NCBI RefSeq assembly: GCF_964355755.1
Contig: NC_092674.1
Span: 21,700,001 to 21,764,000, forward strand
Reading direction: 5' to 3'
Length of the DNA stretch: 64,000 nt
DNA from: Antedon mediterranea
Taxonomy: Eukaryota > Animalia > Echinodermata
Shown: in pieces, positions 11,401-26,400 of the stretch
How the letters are laid out: every line of letters begins with the position of its first letter
Numbering within the stretch: position 1 is the stretch's first letter
Position numbers and translations under genes: made by a program
The notes under the pieces: model-generated
What the model was told of the DNA's origin: nothing
Databases searched by the model: none
The model's input: only the letters and a program-made list of their open reading frames with translations

Positions 11401-14400
11401 TCGGTGGTGTCTGATATTTATCGAGAACTGCAAATGCAACAAAATACGGACAAAATTTGTAAAAATTGAAATGAAATTATATCAAAGGTAACAAATATCA
11501 TTTCCGTTCATTTTTTGTCGAACTTTTTTATTACCATAAATATAAAATATGTGTATTCTGAACAAAAGCTACGAAACCTAAGACCCAAGGCCTAAGATTA
11601 CCAATAGTTCACTTGTATATTAACTCCACATTTCACATATAAATGCATTCAAAGTAAACGCATTCCCTCAAGTGTTTAGCCCTCTATTGTTTTGACGCTC
11701 CATAGAAAGGAAAATATTTAACATAGAACGAAAATTTGATATCAAAAATATTTTGGGAAGGAGATGAATTTCTTAAATTTTATCCAGAATTATATGAAAT
11801 TCGCGAAAAGGATACACGTCTGTAAAATCTAATAATTTTGTAATACAACTGAATGTATTGATGCAATGTGATTGTTAATTAAGCATCACGTGTCATTTAG
11901 AATTATCCCTTCATAACTAAAAAGTGATATCTATCTATCTATCTATCTGTGGTGATAATTAACGCGCTCTTATGTACGTTCAGCTTTTGTAAACACTTGG
12001 AGAATGTTTTTGTCTGATCGCGTTTGAAAATCAACTTTGTGTTGTGCACGCCGTCTATAACTGAAACATTGATTGCTCTATTTTCAACTCGGCTCTGCCT
12101 CATTAAAAATAGAGCAGTCAATTTTTCAACTCATGAAATCTCACTATCCAATTCATAAACATGCATTATTTGTATACCAAATAAATATAGGTCTACATTA
12201 TTATACTGAACAATTTATTTTCATAGGCAAAATGTTAAATGCACTTCCGGCTTATTTTAAAAGAAACATTAGACTAAATAGTTTCTAAACAATTTGAGAA
12301 CTATTTTATTAGATAAATATAAAAGTGTATATAAAAAAACTTGAACATTATTTATCTGTGACCAGCGGTTTCCAAGATATGAGGTGTTTATTAAAAACTA
12401 CCATTTTTAATTATGCAAATTATACCGCTAAATCATGATTTCCTAACATGTCCAAACGTTGATAGTTGTATTGTTTAATGGTATGGTCTAAATAATGTTG
12501 ACACAATTAAATCAATTCAACGAATTACCATTTTTATCCTACTACTTACCTGGTGGGCATGAGTATGCAAACAGGACATCTGCTTCCGCTGGAATCTTTT
12601 GCTGTGGTTCTTGGAGGATAGGTGTCTTTCCCCCATCGGAACCTGCTGTGTAGGTAGAAACATCGACTCCTTTATCATATGCATGTCCTCGACAAGCCTG
12701 TATTATTGAATAACGTAAGTTCGTTTTAAACTAATGTTTTGTATAGACCTGTATTCAATACCTCTGATTAGGCAAATAAATAACAAGAATCCTGTCCTTA
12801 TAAAGTAGGAACTACTGCTTGGCATACAGTAGTAAATAAATTTGAAAATTGCACAAAAATAAAATTACAGAAACTGTCAATCAGTACACGTACGTAAAGT
12901 ACAATTTCAAATCATTACTCAAATAAAATAAAAATCATAAAAGACAAGAGTGAAGGCGTGGTAATTTGGTTACTTACAGATAAAAAAGAATCAAAATCAA
13001 AAGACACATCTCATATTTCAGTAAGTAAATTGTTTTACTGACAGCCACAAATAGACCACATGTTGCATATGTTGTCATCCGTTTATCCTACTCAAACAAT
13101 TAATCAATTAAAAGAACGTTAAACTCTATATTCTATAATATTATATGTATTATTTAATTAATTATTGAATTGGTTAACATTACCTGTATGAAGAACAATT
13201 TTGGCTTTCCCGCAAGATATGGGCATTCATCGCCCTTAAATTGATCTGCCAGCTTATCCACTTTGAGTTTGCCATCCGTTGCGTAAACGATGTTTTTCTC
13301 ACCATGACTCATAAACACAATAACTAGACACGAAAACTGAGCAAGTTTTTTATCACAAGCAGCTACAGTAAAACAAGATAAAAAAGTATTCAATATAATA
13401 ACAGTTATCGTTATTATTCATGTAGACATGTATATGCTTTTCATAAATATATTTATCTGTGTAAAAGCTGTGAAGAAGTGTTTCTTTATCAACTACATAA
13501 TTTGCAGATGACATCGTACTCTTAAGCTACCGTATGTCTACACTATAAAACTAGTTTGACAAAAAAAGTGTGATGTGCCTAAATATGGTCTTCTATGACA
13601 TCATCATGTCCATATATGGGTACATCACATTTGTTGTCACATACAGTTTTAGCCGAGACGGAGGCTGCTCTCCAAATTACGCTTGATAAACTGCACAAGA
13701 CCAGTAAAACCTATGAAATGAAAATTAGCAAACCAAAGACCAAAGTAATGGAATTTACTCTGTAAGAGCAAGTTACAGTTACCATCAAGCTTATTTTCTG
13801 TCTACTCTTGAAATGTTTATTTATATATTTATTTTCTTTGGAAAGATGAAGGTGTCTTGTAAATGCACTACTATACGGGCAGAAGAAGTTAGAAGCTTTC
13901 CAAAAGCGCTGCTATCTAACATTTTGTAAAATCTCCTTGCAAGACAAGGTGCTCAACGAAGTGTTAAGTAAAATCACATTAGACGGGAATCCACAAGAAT
14001 TAATCACACGTGTCCATAGTTCACATTGCAAGGATATATAACAAGGCCAACAGCCATTAAGTCGCGTGCTACAATGCATAGTGATACCGGACCGACAGAC
14101 AGACCGACAGACAGACCGACAGACATACCGACAGACAGACCGACCAACCGACATCCTACCCTAATTGACAACATTTTCACTAATGATCTTGAATCGTCTG
14201 TTAGTGGTATCATTATTAATGATGCTACAGATCATCTTCCTGTTTTTAACATCAGTTCAAATAAACCGAGTAAGCGAGAAATCAATACCAATCTTAAATT
14301 TAGAAATACTAGTGAACACAATATCCTTAATTTTCGTAATGATTTATCAAATTTTCCATGGAATGATGTCGTGAGTACGCAAGACACAAATCTGGCATAT

Positions 14401-17400
14401 GACACATTTATTAATAATTTTACCACCTTATATAATAAACACTTTCCTTTAATTGAACCATCCAAAGCTAAAGTTAAACTTAAACCATGGATGACCGATG
14501 GACTTTTGACCTCGATTTTGTATAAACAGAAACTTTATTCTAAAAGTCTACGCCATCCAACACTTTCTAATATTATATCCAAATATAAGCGTTATCGAAA
14601 TAAATTAAACAACCTTTTAAAAACTGCTAAATTGGATTACTTTTGTGAAACATTTACTAAGCTTAAGTTCAGTATCAAGGCCACCTGGCGTGTCATCAAT
14701 TCTCTTCTTAAGTCAAATAAAAATGCACCTGCCGATATTGAACTTTTAGCTGATGGGAAATTAATAAAAGAACCTTTAATAGTAGCAAATCTATTCAATG
14801 ACCACTTTACAAATATTGGACCCAACCTTGCTGGAAAAATAAACAATGACTCTGATAAAACTTTTCATCACTTCTTACATCCCCCTATTCCTAACTCAAT
14901 TTTTCTTTCACCTGCAACCGAACAAGAAGTGCACAAAATCACAAATTCATTTAAAAGCAACAAGGCCTCTGGCATCGATGACATTTGTGCTAAAGTTATT
15001 AAAAAATCCATTGACACTATTCTCTCTCCTCTCACTTACATTTTTAATTTATCTCTTACATCTGGTGTTTTTCCCAACTCCTTAAAAATTGGTAAAGTTA
15101 TTCCAATTTTCAAGAAAGGTAGCAAGTCCGATCCAAATAACTATCGTCCAATCTCCATCCTTCCCTTTTTTTCAAAGATTCTTGAAAAGATTATTTATAA
15201 CCGCGTCTATGATTTTATAAGCAAGCACAATATTCTTTATAATAAACAATTTGGATTTAGGAGAAACTATTCTACGTCTTTTGCGCTAATTGATTTAACC
15301 AACAACATTATTGATGCAATTCAAAACAATTCTTTTCCCTCTGGCTTGTTTATTGACCTGTCGAAAGCTTTTGATACTATTGACCATCATATTCTGATTA
15401 CTAAACTTTCAAATTATGGTATCCGTGGTGTTGCTCTTAAACTTTTAAACAATTACTTATCAAATAGATTTCAATGTACTTCTGTTAACAATCATACCTC
15501 TGATCTTAAGCCCATTACCTGTGGTGTTCCCCAAGGGTCCTTGCTTGGCCCTCTTTTATTTCTTTTATCAATGATTTACCAAACGCCTCAGATATCCTTA
15601 CCTTTTATCTTTATGCAGATGACACGACTTTATTTTATAAAAGTGTTAACTTTCAAACAATTTTTCATACTTTTAACCAAGAATTAATTAATATTAACGA
15701 TTATTTTAATGTGAATAAACTTTCAATAAACCTAAGTAAATGCAACTTTATGTTTTTTGGAATACGTCATCAAAAACTGACCGACGAGTCTCATAAAATT
15801 CTGATTGGTGATCAAGTAATTCCCCATGTTAAGCAAACCAAATTTCTAGGTGTTTTAATTGACCAAGAGCTAAATTTTAAAAATCATATAAAAGAAATTG
15901 AATTAAAAATTTCTAAAAACATTGGCATACTTTATCGTCTGTCTTCCTTTTTACCGTCTCAAATTTTACGCAATATTTACTGTTCCTTTATTCTGCCTTT
16001 TATTAGTTACTGTAACATTGTATGGGCCAATAATTACCCTTCAAATCTTAATAAAATACACGTCCTTCAAAAGAAAGCTGTTCGTCTTATCTCGGGTAAC
16101 TCACGTCTTGCTCATACTAATATCCTTTTTTATAACCTTAAACTCTTAACTGTGCACGATATTAATAAACTCCAACAATGCATTTTCGTTTATGAACATA
16201 TTAATTCCAAACTGCCTTCTAACTTTTCCTGTAATTTTTTAACTAACTCTGAAATCCATTTGTATAACACAAGAGCATCACGGGACCTTCATCTTCCTCA
16301 ACCTAAACTAACTAAAATGAAACATAACATTCGCTATAGTGGTTCTAAACTATTCAATAATCTACCTCCCGAAATTTCATCATCGTCTTCTAGCAAAATA
16401 TTCTCTTTTAAACTTAAAGAATATCTTATTTCAAATTATAACTAATTGTTTTCTCTATTTTGTAATATTTTTTTAACTTTAGAAACTTTTTCGAAATTGC
16501 TTCCTTTACTGTTGGTGTGTGTGTGTGTCTGTTGATCTATATGTGTTTGTGTAGTTATATGTTTACATTTATATATATAAGTATATAATCTTCTTACATG
16601 GCTTCCCAACATACAAGTTTCATTTGGATTTTTTTTTTTTCAATTGATCGATACTTTCTTGGGTTTTTTTGCCTCTTTCATTTTGTATATAACTGAATCA
16701 TCTTTTTATACATTATGATTTACTGTATTATATCTCTAAAAAAAAAAAAATATATATATTTATTTATAAAATATCAGAAATTATAATGTTTTTTTACTCA
16801 AATATGAATGAAAGAAATAAATTTTTATTTGAATTTGAATTGAATTTGAACTATACTGACCGAAATTACTGAACATGTTTAAAAATGTTGAAATGTTTAA
16901 AAACATTTATATTTTTTTAATTTACACGTGCGTAGCCTGTCACTTTTGACGTGCTCGTATAACGTAATTTCGAGTTGAAAAGTAAGTCAAGAAAACAGAA
17001 ATCGGGGAAAAAGAGTGCGCAATAACATTTAACGCGCAGTGCGCGCGCAAAAATATGCGCACTAATGGCAATTTTGTAAACGCTTAAAATTGCTGAAACG
17101 TACTCTTATTTCATAGAAAATTAATTTTGAAAATTTTAAGCACGCGTACGCATGCGTTACATGCGCTACGCACGTAATTGTATTGCCATATGATGATTTA
17201 TGCCCTGGAATTTATGAGTACCAAATTTTATTTAATTGTGATTCATGGTTGTGAAGATATGATTACAAACGTGATTTCGTTAAATCGTGCGTAGACCGCG
17301 TAATTTTTTATTGCGCACCGTGAAAACATAACCACATCGATTCCTGGCCATAAGGAATATACTGTAAAAAATTGACCTAGCTAGATTAAACTGATATCAA

Positions 17401-20400
17401 GATAAGGTCAGAAAGCGATAAAACGCATAGTGATACCGGACCGACAGACCGACAGACCGGCCGACCGACCGACATAGTGAACTATAGAGTCGCTTCCACG
17501 CGACTAAAAACCGATTACCAACATGCATACTACTGTACTAGAAACTATTATCTGGAAGGACAGACAGACAAAACGATGGGAGAGTGATAGCATTAACAAC
17601 AAAACTATCTACTCGGCTTACAGCAATGCACAAGATAGATGCAAATAGAGAGAGGACATTCGTGGAGCCAACGTCCTGTGGAACATGGTGCTAGGTTAGA
17701 TATGGTATGGTAAAACATTTACGTTTTCAATCACAAATCGCATGATTCTAATTAAATTAGTATCATTGTGCTTATTTTTTTGAAGAAAAATAACATGAAC
17801 TTACAAAATATTAATACAGGGTGTTAGTACAGTAAACTAATTATTTAATCTAGGTCGTGCCCACATAATGTTCTCGAAAATATAGTAATTTCAGAGTTAA
17901 AAACTGATGATTTCAAATGTACGTACCGCAGGACAATAATGTCGTTTAAAGGAACGAATAAATAGACACGGTGATTTATGTAAAATTAGCACCCTGGGAA
18001 TTACTTCCGAAAGAGAAACTTGTCACAAAATGAGACCACACGTTTGAGTCAAATTTAAACAAACTTAATTTGTTTTGTATGTAACATTAGGATTGAGGGA
18101 TGGGGAAGAAGATGGGTGCAAAGAGGAACAATTTTTAAATATGTTCTTTATCCATTCAGTCACGTTTTACCACTAAACACAGTAAAACATTTCCGATTTA
18201 ATGCTTGTTGAAACTGTCACCGTCATGTCGATTGAAATCTTAAATTCGCTTATTAATCGTCAAAATCTTTTTATCTAACTCAGCTTAATTAGTAGGCGTA
18301 ATGCTTTGCAATTGTTTCTTAGAGACAATTTCATACTTCTGTTGGATCCTACCCACCAAAGTCGTTCTACGTTTAGGGCATGTGATCCTTCGTACTGTAG
18401 GCATATCCTATAGGCCACAACCCTATCCATGCCATTTACGGGGAGGGGTGGTGGTGTGGGTTGATAAAGTTGATTGTACATATTATATAGAAGGCGACTG
18501 AAAATGCTAGCTCATTATCTGTTATAAAAATACCTATATCCAACCTCTGCAGCACAGATGGAAAAAAAATGGATCGAATTGAGTGTACTTGCCTTTGTGT
18601 TATTTACGACGCCTGAATACACTTGTGGAAGAGAGATTGGAATGTTCCATTTTTCGAAAATCAATACATTTGTATGAATGAATGAAAAAATGTAGAGAAA
18701 TTGTCAACATTTTTTAGTATATAGAAAGAAAGTATATAGAAACATACACACTATAAACAATAGTTAAAACCAATTTTAAGTGTGTATGAGATAATACTAT
18801 GAGGTCAAAATGACATTTTTAGTGTCTTTTATTGTCAACATTATTCGTTAGAGTATTAAATAGGAACATACACTTTACGAACAATTTAAGGTCAATCTTA
18901 AGTGTGTACGACCAGTAATTATCGAGTTCAGAGGTTAAAAATTACCTCTCTAATGACATTTATTGTCAAAGTTATTCATAAAAAAATAAAAATAAAAAAA
19001 TACACTTTATGAACAATTTAAGACAAATGTTAAGTGTGTACGACTAATATTTATTGAGATATTATTATGAGGTCAATATTTAGAAAAATGACCTTTCCTG
19101 CCATTTATTGACAAACATTTTCATTAGAGCAAATATAAATATGTATGTTGTAAACAATTTCAAGCAGCCAAATAGAAGACTTTACAGTTAGCGGTTGCCA
19201 AGATATACAATCATATTAATTACAGTAGGCAATTTTATCTAAAATAAAAGAAAAAAAAGAAAAACGAGTCTAAAAATTGTCCCCAATGTTTGTGTCGATT
19301 TTGGATATTTTTATGCGGTTATTTTACATTTACTTTAAAACTAATGATGCAAAAATCTTGATATTTCATTTTCTCCTCATAAGGACTATATCTCATTGTA
19401 TTATGAACACATTTTTTGAAAATTTTATATTTTGATTAAAATATCATATTTCAAAAATATTGTACATATTCAAGCATTTTATAACACATATTTTGTTTAT
19501 TAAATTTTATATATATATTTCAAAATTCATAATTGTCTTATCTGCGACATTTTAATAGTAGTTTTATGGTGTTTTTTACATTTCAGTTAAAAGTATTGAT
19601 GCCATAATTTAATATTTTGTTTTCTCCTTTTAAAACTATATGCAATACATTATAAACAAATATTTTGAAATTTTGGGTAAAAATATCATATTCAAAAATA
19701 TATTGATGACATTTTTCGTAGGAACGGGACAGACATTTTTGTTAAGGACGGGACATATCATTTAAATCCTTTTTATTTCATAAAACCATGCATCTTGTTA
19801 ACATTTTTGCCCATAAATATACTGCAGTTACTTCAACTTCAAGTAAGCTCCAATTATTCATAATAAAGTATTTCATTAAAATTGTTTATTAATTTCATAC
19901 TTGCATTTCAAAATTCATAATTGTTACTTCTGAGACATTTCGATTGGGGTTTTTTCCTCACTTGTGTTTATTGAAGTAATGACTCTAAAATTGTTATTTA
20001 ATAATTCTTAGTTTTAGATCTTAATTTTCAACTCCTAAGGATACTAAATTGCAATAGATTTAAACAAGTTTTTTAAAACTTGTATTTCAAAATTTATTGA
20101 ATGTTACGGATGGGACAAAACGACATTTTTTTTTATGGATGTGATGACATTATTGTAATGAATTAAAAAGTGTTTTTGTACTGTAGGCTGAGAAGTACTG
20201 TACACAGGTGTTTATTAATCACAAAACATTTTGGTCTGTATTTAAAATAACAATCCACAAAAGAACAATACCTAAATCCAAAACAACATGACCAGTATGA
20301 ATGGGAGTATTGGGTGTGGTCATCGCTTTGTGGATTTCATTCTTTGGTGAATTTGCAATCAAGAACCTTTTATAAATCAGATACTACATAATTAAGATTG

Positions 20401-23400
20401 AATTTTAATAGAAGTGGGCCTAAGTTATTAAATCCAAGCAAGAATAGAAGAAAATGTCAGATGCAACTTGGATCCACTAACAAATTCAGACGCCAACGCC
20501 AACGCCAATTTTGAAAGATTCTCCTTAAATGTGGTAATATCTTGAAGTCTTGTGCAATATGCCAAGCATAACTTTTATATTAGTGTAAATAAATATTTTG
20601 ATAACATTTAACAATATTGCTTCTCTTTATAACTCTTCGAATAATTAATTTTATAAATAATATTTCATATTTATGAATTTTAATATTTTCACTTGACATA
20701 AACTTTTAAACAGTGTTTCAAAGGTTGAAATATATTTTGATTTGTAAATAAAAGATTACATTGATGTAAAAAACTTATTTTTAAATTTGTTTTATAGCAA
20801 AATTATACAATTTTTTAACGTGGACAAAGTTGTCCAGTCCGCGACGTTAGAAATGTCCCGTCCGTAACGACATATAAATCATATTTATTAATAAATTTGC
20901 AGTTAAATTTGTATAATTAACATTCAGTTATCTAAAAGAACTATCTGGAAACATAATAATATAAAACAAATTTTAAAATCTCTTTTAAATGAGGATAAAT
21001 AATACAATACGTAAACCTTCTCAAAAGTCATGTCCATTTGCCGTCCCATTCGCGACGCATACAATTTTCACTAGACATGAAACTCGTCACTTTGACGAGT
21101 TAGTTATCCACACCACGACAAACGCCACGTGCACGTCATACGTTGAAATATTGCACACAGATAAAGATTATGGCATTATGACAAGAACTGAAGAATATGA
21201 TATGCTGTTAGTGCTGAATTCTGTCAATTTTGTGTCATATAGTATAATCTGTATACATATTACATACAGTGTAGAATAGGTGAAATTACGGGACCCGCCA
21301 TTTATTCCAATTTTTAACACGGCGACGGTATCAAAATGAAACACTTAGATAGTAATTTCAGAAGGAAATTATCTTAGGAACAACATATTAACGTGTAGAA
21401 GAAATTTGAATACGTAAAATATAGATGCGCACCCTTTTAAATGTGATGAACTATTACGCAAAATATGAAAATACGACTTTTTTATTCAACTGGCCATATG
21501 ATGACGTCACAACATCCGATTGGCAAAATGTTTACATGAATTCGTATCTACAATCCAATAGTTTCCAGAAAACGTTTTAATCGTGATTATCACATTTTAT
21601 TCTTACGAGCTATTACAGAATAATATTTACTGTAAAGATGAAATTAATGACCCACGTAATTAAAATTTATAAAAATTAAAATATTTTTATCTCATGCTAA
21701 AGAAAGTTGATTGACCTACACAATATATAAATGTAGGAGAAAAAGGAATACAGATAAGCGTGATGCGCTCCATTGAATGTGATGAGCAATAACGAAAGAG
21801 ACAAAAATCCTATATTTTACATTCGTGTGGCCATACGATGACGTCACAATGTTTTTTTTAGCCTTATCGATGCATGATCCGATATCTACAACTCATCAAC
21901 TTCTAGATTTTGTAATAAAAATAAACGGTTCACGATTTACTTTAGAAACTATGACTGTTTAAAAAAAGACAAAATTTTGACGATTTTTTAAGCTTTTTCA
22001 TAAAAAACGCGCATGAAATGTTTAATTCAACGTGTTCGTGTGGCGTTATTTAAATTGGAAAAGGTCTAAATTGTTTTCAAAATTACTAGGAAAGGCTTGA
22101 AAAATATAATTCAAGAGAAAAAAATATGTTTTTAACGCTACGTGCGCACCGCGTGCGTAGAAAATTGCGCACCCGTGGGAATTTTTGACATGCTCAAAAT
22201 GACAAGAAACGCATAAAAAATTGATTAGAAATTAATTTTGCGCATTTTGAAATTTTAAAACTTCTTATTTTTAATCCGTAGAAAGTTTGCCCCTGATATG
22301 ACTTAAATTTTGTCAAAGTGTCAATACTAAATGACTTTTGGTTTTTAATCTATGATCAATCATTGAAATTCATAAAATGACGTCATTCAAAAATAGGAGG
22401 TGCACAACTTCACGTAAATGCCCATATGTTGTCAAAGTTATGAAATGTTATGTTTACACATTTTAGAGAAACGCGATCCACAAAAAGGAAGGATGGAAAG
22501 AAGAATAATACAGAAAAAAAATGTTGATCTCATACAATAACAAGGAGTTATCCGCTTGGTATACCAAGCGGATAACTAATAATAAAAACATTTTTGTACA
22601 GTCTTTTTTCTTTTTCTGACTCATAATTAACATTGGCCATATATGTATACATTTATTCTACTTTGAATCTTGCATTCTTTTTTATTTCTAAGATATGTCT
22701 AGTTATATTCTCAAAAATGTCTCGTCCGTAAAATACTGTGGAATGCCCCTATATGATAAACGATAGTCAAATAGACCGAGAAGACTATATAAGGAAGTGC
22801 TTCCAGCATATTCTATAGAAGACAATAACTACCATGTCCAGTAGTCATTAAGTTGATTAATTAATTGATATGTCTTGATGATTAATTTTGTAAATGTAAA
22901 TAGCCTGGGTAATCATAAGGAATAGTCATGAACAGGGAGGAGATGAGCTCCCCTGCCCTTTGACCCAGAGGGAGAGTACCCGTCAGGGTCCCTACCTAGG
23001 GTTACAGGTCTCAGGTTTTAAGTTTTTTAATTAATTAGTGTTCCATGACCTTCTCATCAAAATTAATGTCTCTCATTGTTGTGCTATGTCAACATAATGT
23101 CAATGACGACATAATGTCAATGACGGCAAAATGTCCACAATAATGGGGATAGCTATGCAAACAAGTAACAAGTAAATAAGTATATGTACCAAATTATTTA
23201 TTTATCTTAGACTATACTCTCAATGCATTAGGTGCTCTGAAACTAACCGTTACGGAGGGAGATATTTTAATTTATGCTAGTTAACCCACTTTCATTTGGC
23301 TTTCGTTTGATATACGTTGACTATGATGTTCATTGAAATTATAACAACGAGGTAAACAAAAGAGAAGGTATGTTGTTATGTTATTTTTACATGTTGCAAA

Positions 23401-26400
23401 TAAGTTGGGACAAAAAAGCTATTAGCAAAATGAACCAGTAAAAGCATAGTTCAAATATTACGGTGTATAGTTAGTGAAACCGGAAGACTTACAAAGTAAG
23501 CAACAGCAACAACAACACCTTGGTAACATTTTTCAAAAGTGGCCAGCACGATGCAATGACCCAAAAAAACAATAAGCGATATGCATTTTTAAATAAAGTT
23601 GTACAGTATAATACAAACCTTTTTTAAATAAGTCTTTGGTCTTTTTAAATATGTCTTCAGTTTCATGTACAGTCAGGTTGACATTCGGTTCGGGTACCTT
23701 GAAGTTTAGCTTGATAAAGGCATCACGTAAACCATCAGCGTCATATTTTGCGTTTTCACGGCTGTCTAGTCCAAGTTCTTTGTTGAATTTAATGTTGTTG
23801 AAAATAATTGCATATCCATTTTTTTCCATGTTATACTCGTATTCCAAAGTTTCGAATATTTTATTCATTGCTTGGTTTGCAAGACCAATTCTGTTAATTG
23901 AATATGAAGGTATTTCATTATTTATTATACAGATATTGCATGTTAAGAGGTAAAATAAACAATTGGCATCATCATGGGAATGATATATTTCTCAAAGGCA
24001 ATACATACAATATTTCTCTTAGCTTCGCTTCGGGAAATATAAATTCTCGTGTAAGAGTGTATTGAATAGCCATAGCTTCTCCAATTACAACGATATTGTT
24101 AAAAATAAGAGATCCATATCAATTTCATTCCGTAAATAAGCGACACGCGCGCTGTACACCTTAAAACGCGGCCAAATTTTGCAAAAATCATCATTGAAGT
24201 AGATCAAGTGTTATAACGTTCTTAAAGCCAGTTACTTATTCGCCGTAGAGGGCGTAGATGCAAAAAAAGTCACGGAACTGGGGTGGCAAATAGTAAAGTA
24301 GGTCAAGGGTGATCGATCCATACCAAAATATTGTGAAAAATTAAGTAGTTCAAGTGTTATAACGTTCGTAAAGCCAGTTAATTAATCGCCGTAGAGGGTG
24401 TAGAGGTAAAGTAGATCAAGGGTGATCGATCCATACCAAAATATTTATAAAAAAAAAAGTATGTCAAGTGTTATAACGTTCGTAAGAGCCAGTTACTTAT
24501 TTGCCGTAGAGGGCGTAGATGAAAACAAGTTCGCGGAACTGGGGTGGCAAATGGTAAAGTAGGTCAAGGGTAATCGATCCATACCAAAATATTGTGAAAA
24601 AATTAAGTAGGTCAAGTGTTATAACGTTTGTAAAGCCAGTTATTTATTCGCAGTAGATGGCATAGATGCAACAAAAATTCACGGAACTAGGGTGACAAGG
24701 AGTATCTAGAAAACTCAGATCTCAGATATATCTGAGTTTTCTAGAGCTAGAAGTCAGATATCTGAGTTATCAAGATCTGAGTTTTCTAGTTCCAGAATGG
24801 AACTAGAAAACTCAGATCATCAAACGGATTGTTCCATTATTACCAGAGGGTAGCTTTTTTTGAAATAGTATAGTTTTCTTACTAATAATAATAATATTGT
24901 AACTTGTAGTAGCGGCCTACGACTTAAATCATAAAGAAATACAGTATATATACACCTTTTCAAATAGGCTTAGCATTTAGGCCTAGCCTAGCTAAGCAAA
25001 CTTAATTCAAGGCTTGTGGGCGCTATCGCGATGTATCGCGAAGATTAGGCCTGGCCCTACTAGGCTAGAAGTGGTCAACTCGTACCCAAAATAACTCGTG
25101 CCTATTCCCAACTTGGCTAACTCGTACCTCAATCAACTCGTACATACCTAATTTTTAAGCCTACATTTTAACGGTAACGTGCACTGTATTTTCTTTATGA
25201 TTTAGGCCGTAGGCCCTCATCTATGTGTTACAATATTAGTAAGAAAACGTACACAGTAATCAGTTTTAAATTCTAGTATTTCAAATGACCTACCCTCTGA
25301 TTAATAATGGAATGATCCAAAAGACCTACAAACCAATTATTTGATGTCTGAGTTTTCTAGATCTAGAAAAGTCAGATATCTGAGTTTTCTAGACCTAGAA
25401 AAGTCAGATATCTAATTTTTCTAGATCTAAAAAACTCAGATATCAATATCTGAGATCTTAGTTTTCTAGATCTGAGGTTTCTAGACACTCGGTGGCAAAT
25501 AGTCAAGGGTGATCGATCCATACCAAAAAAATTGTGAAAAAATTAAGTAGTTAAGTGAAAAAAAAAAAGTTTGTGGAACTAGGATGGAAAGTGGTAGAAT
25601 AGGTCAAGGGTCATCGTTTTCTAACACAATATTTTTTAAATATCAAGTAGGTCAAGTGTTATAACGTTTGTAAAAGCTAGTTACTTATTCGCCGTAGAGG
25701 GCGTAATGCATAAAATATTATTGAACTTTGACCGGAAGAAGTAGAGCAGGTGTCAAGGCTAACATGTTGATGCAATTAGACAGTTATTACGTATTAAAAT
25801 CTAATGTAAAGCCATGTGTATGTGTGTATGTATGTATATGTGTATATATTTTTTTCATTTACCGATGTCGGTACTTATTTCATTTATATCATGAAAATAT
25901 TGAAATATAATTTTAAATAATTTTGATAAAGAAGATGTTAGTTATGTTATTATACTGCAATTTTTATCCTCAAATTATATAATTATAATATTCTAGGTTT
26001 ATTTTTGTTTTTTACAAATGTGTTTTGTTTGTGGATCCCTGCGAGACAAGTTTTTAGTCGCGTGGAAGCGACTCTATAGTTCACTATGTCGGTCGGTCGG
26101 TCTGTCTGTCTGTCTGTCTGTCTGTCGGTCTGTCGGTCTGTCTGTCGGTCTGTCTGTCTGTCGGTCCGGTATCACTATGCGTTTTATCGCTTTATGACCT
26201 TATCTTGATATCAGTTTAATCTAGCTAAGTCAATTTTTCACAGAATATTCCTTATGGCCAGGAATCGATGTGGTTATGTTTTCACGGTGCGCAATAACGC
26301 ACGATTTAACAAAATCACGTTTGTAATCATATCTTAACAACCATGAATCACAATTAAATAAAATTTGGTACTCATAAATTTCAGGGCATAAATCATCATA

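Larger units (their letters stand above)
13500..17700 (+). mobile_element. Decayed RTE-like LINE fragment (pieces ~13500-14000 and ~17520-17700) interrupted by younger insertions
   Basis: FADDIVLL / AETEAALQITLDKLHKTSKTYEMKISKPKTKVM / KKLEAFQKRCY...ISLQDKVLNEV can be read on either side of the insertions. The 3' piece is less certain. Confidence 0.6.

Noticed and set aside
14026-14154. N-terminal TDRP-repeat 'domain' on the 553-aa RT ORF
   Set aside because: Chance read-through from the HINE GTCY microsatellite into a truncated LINE; not a real fusion protein.
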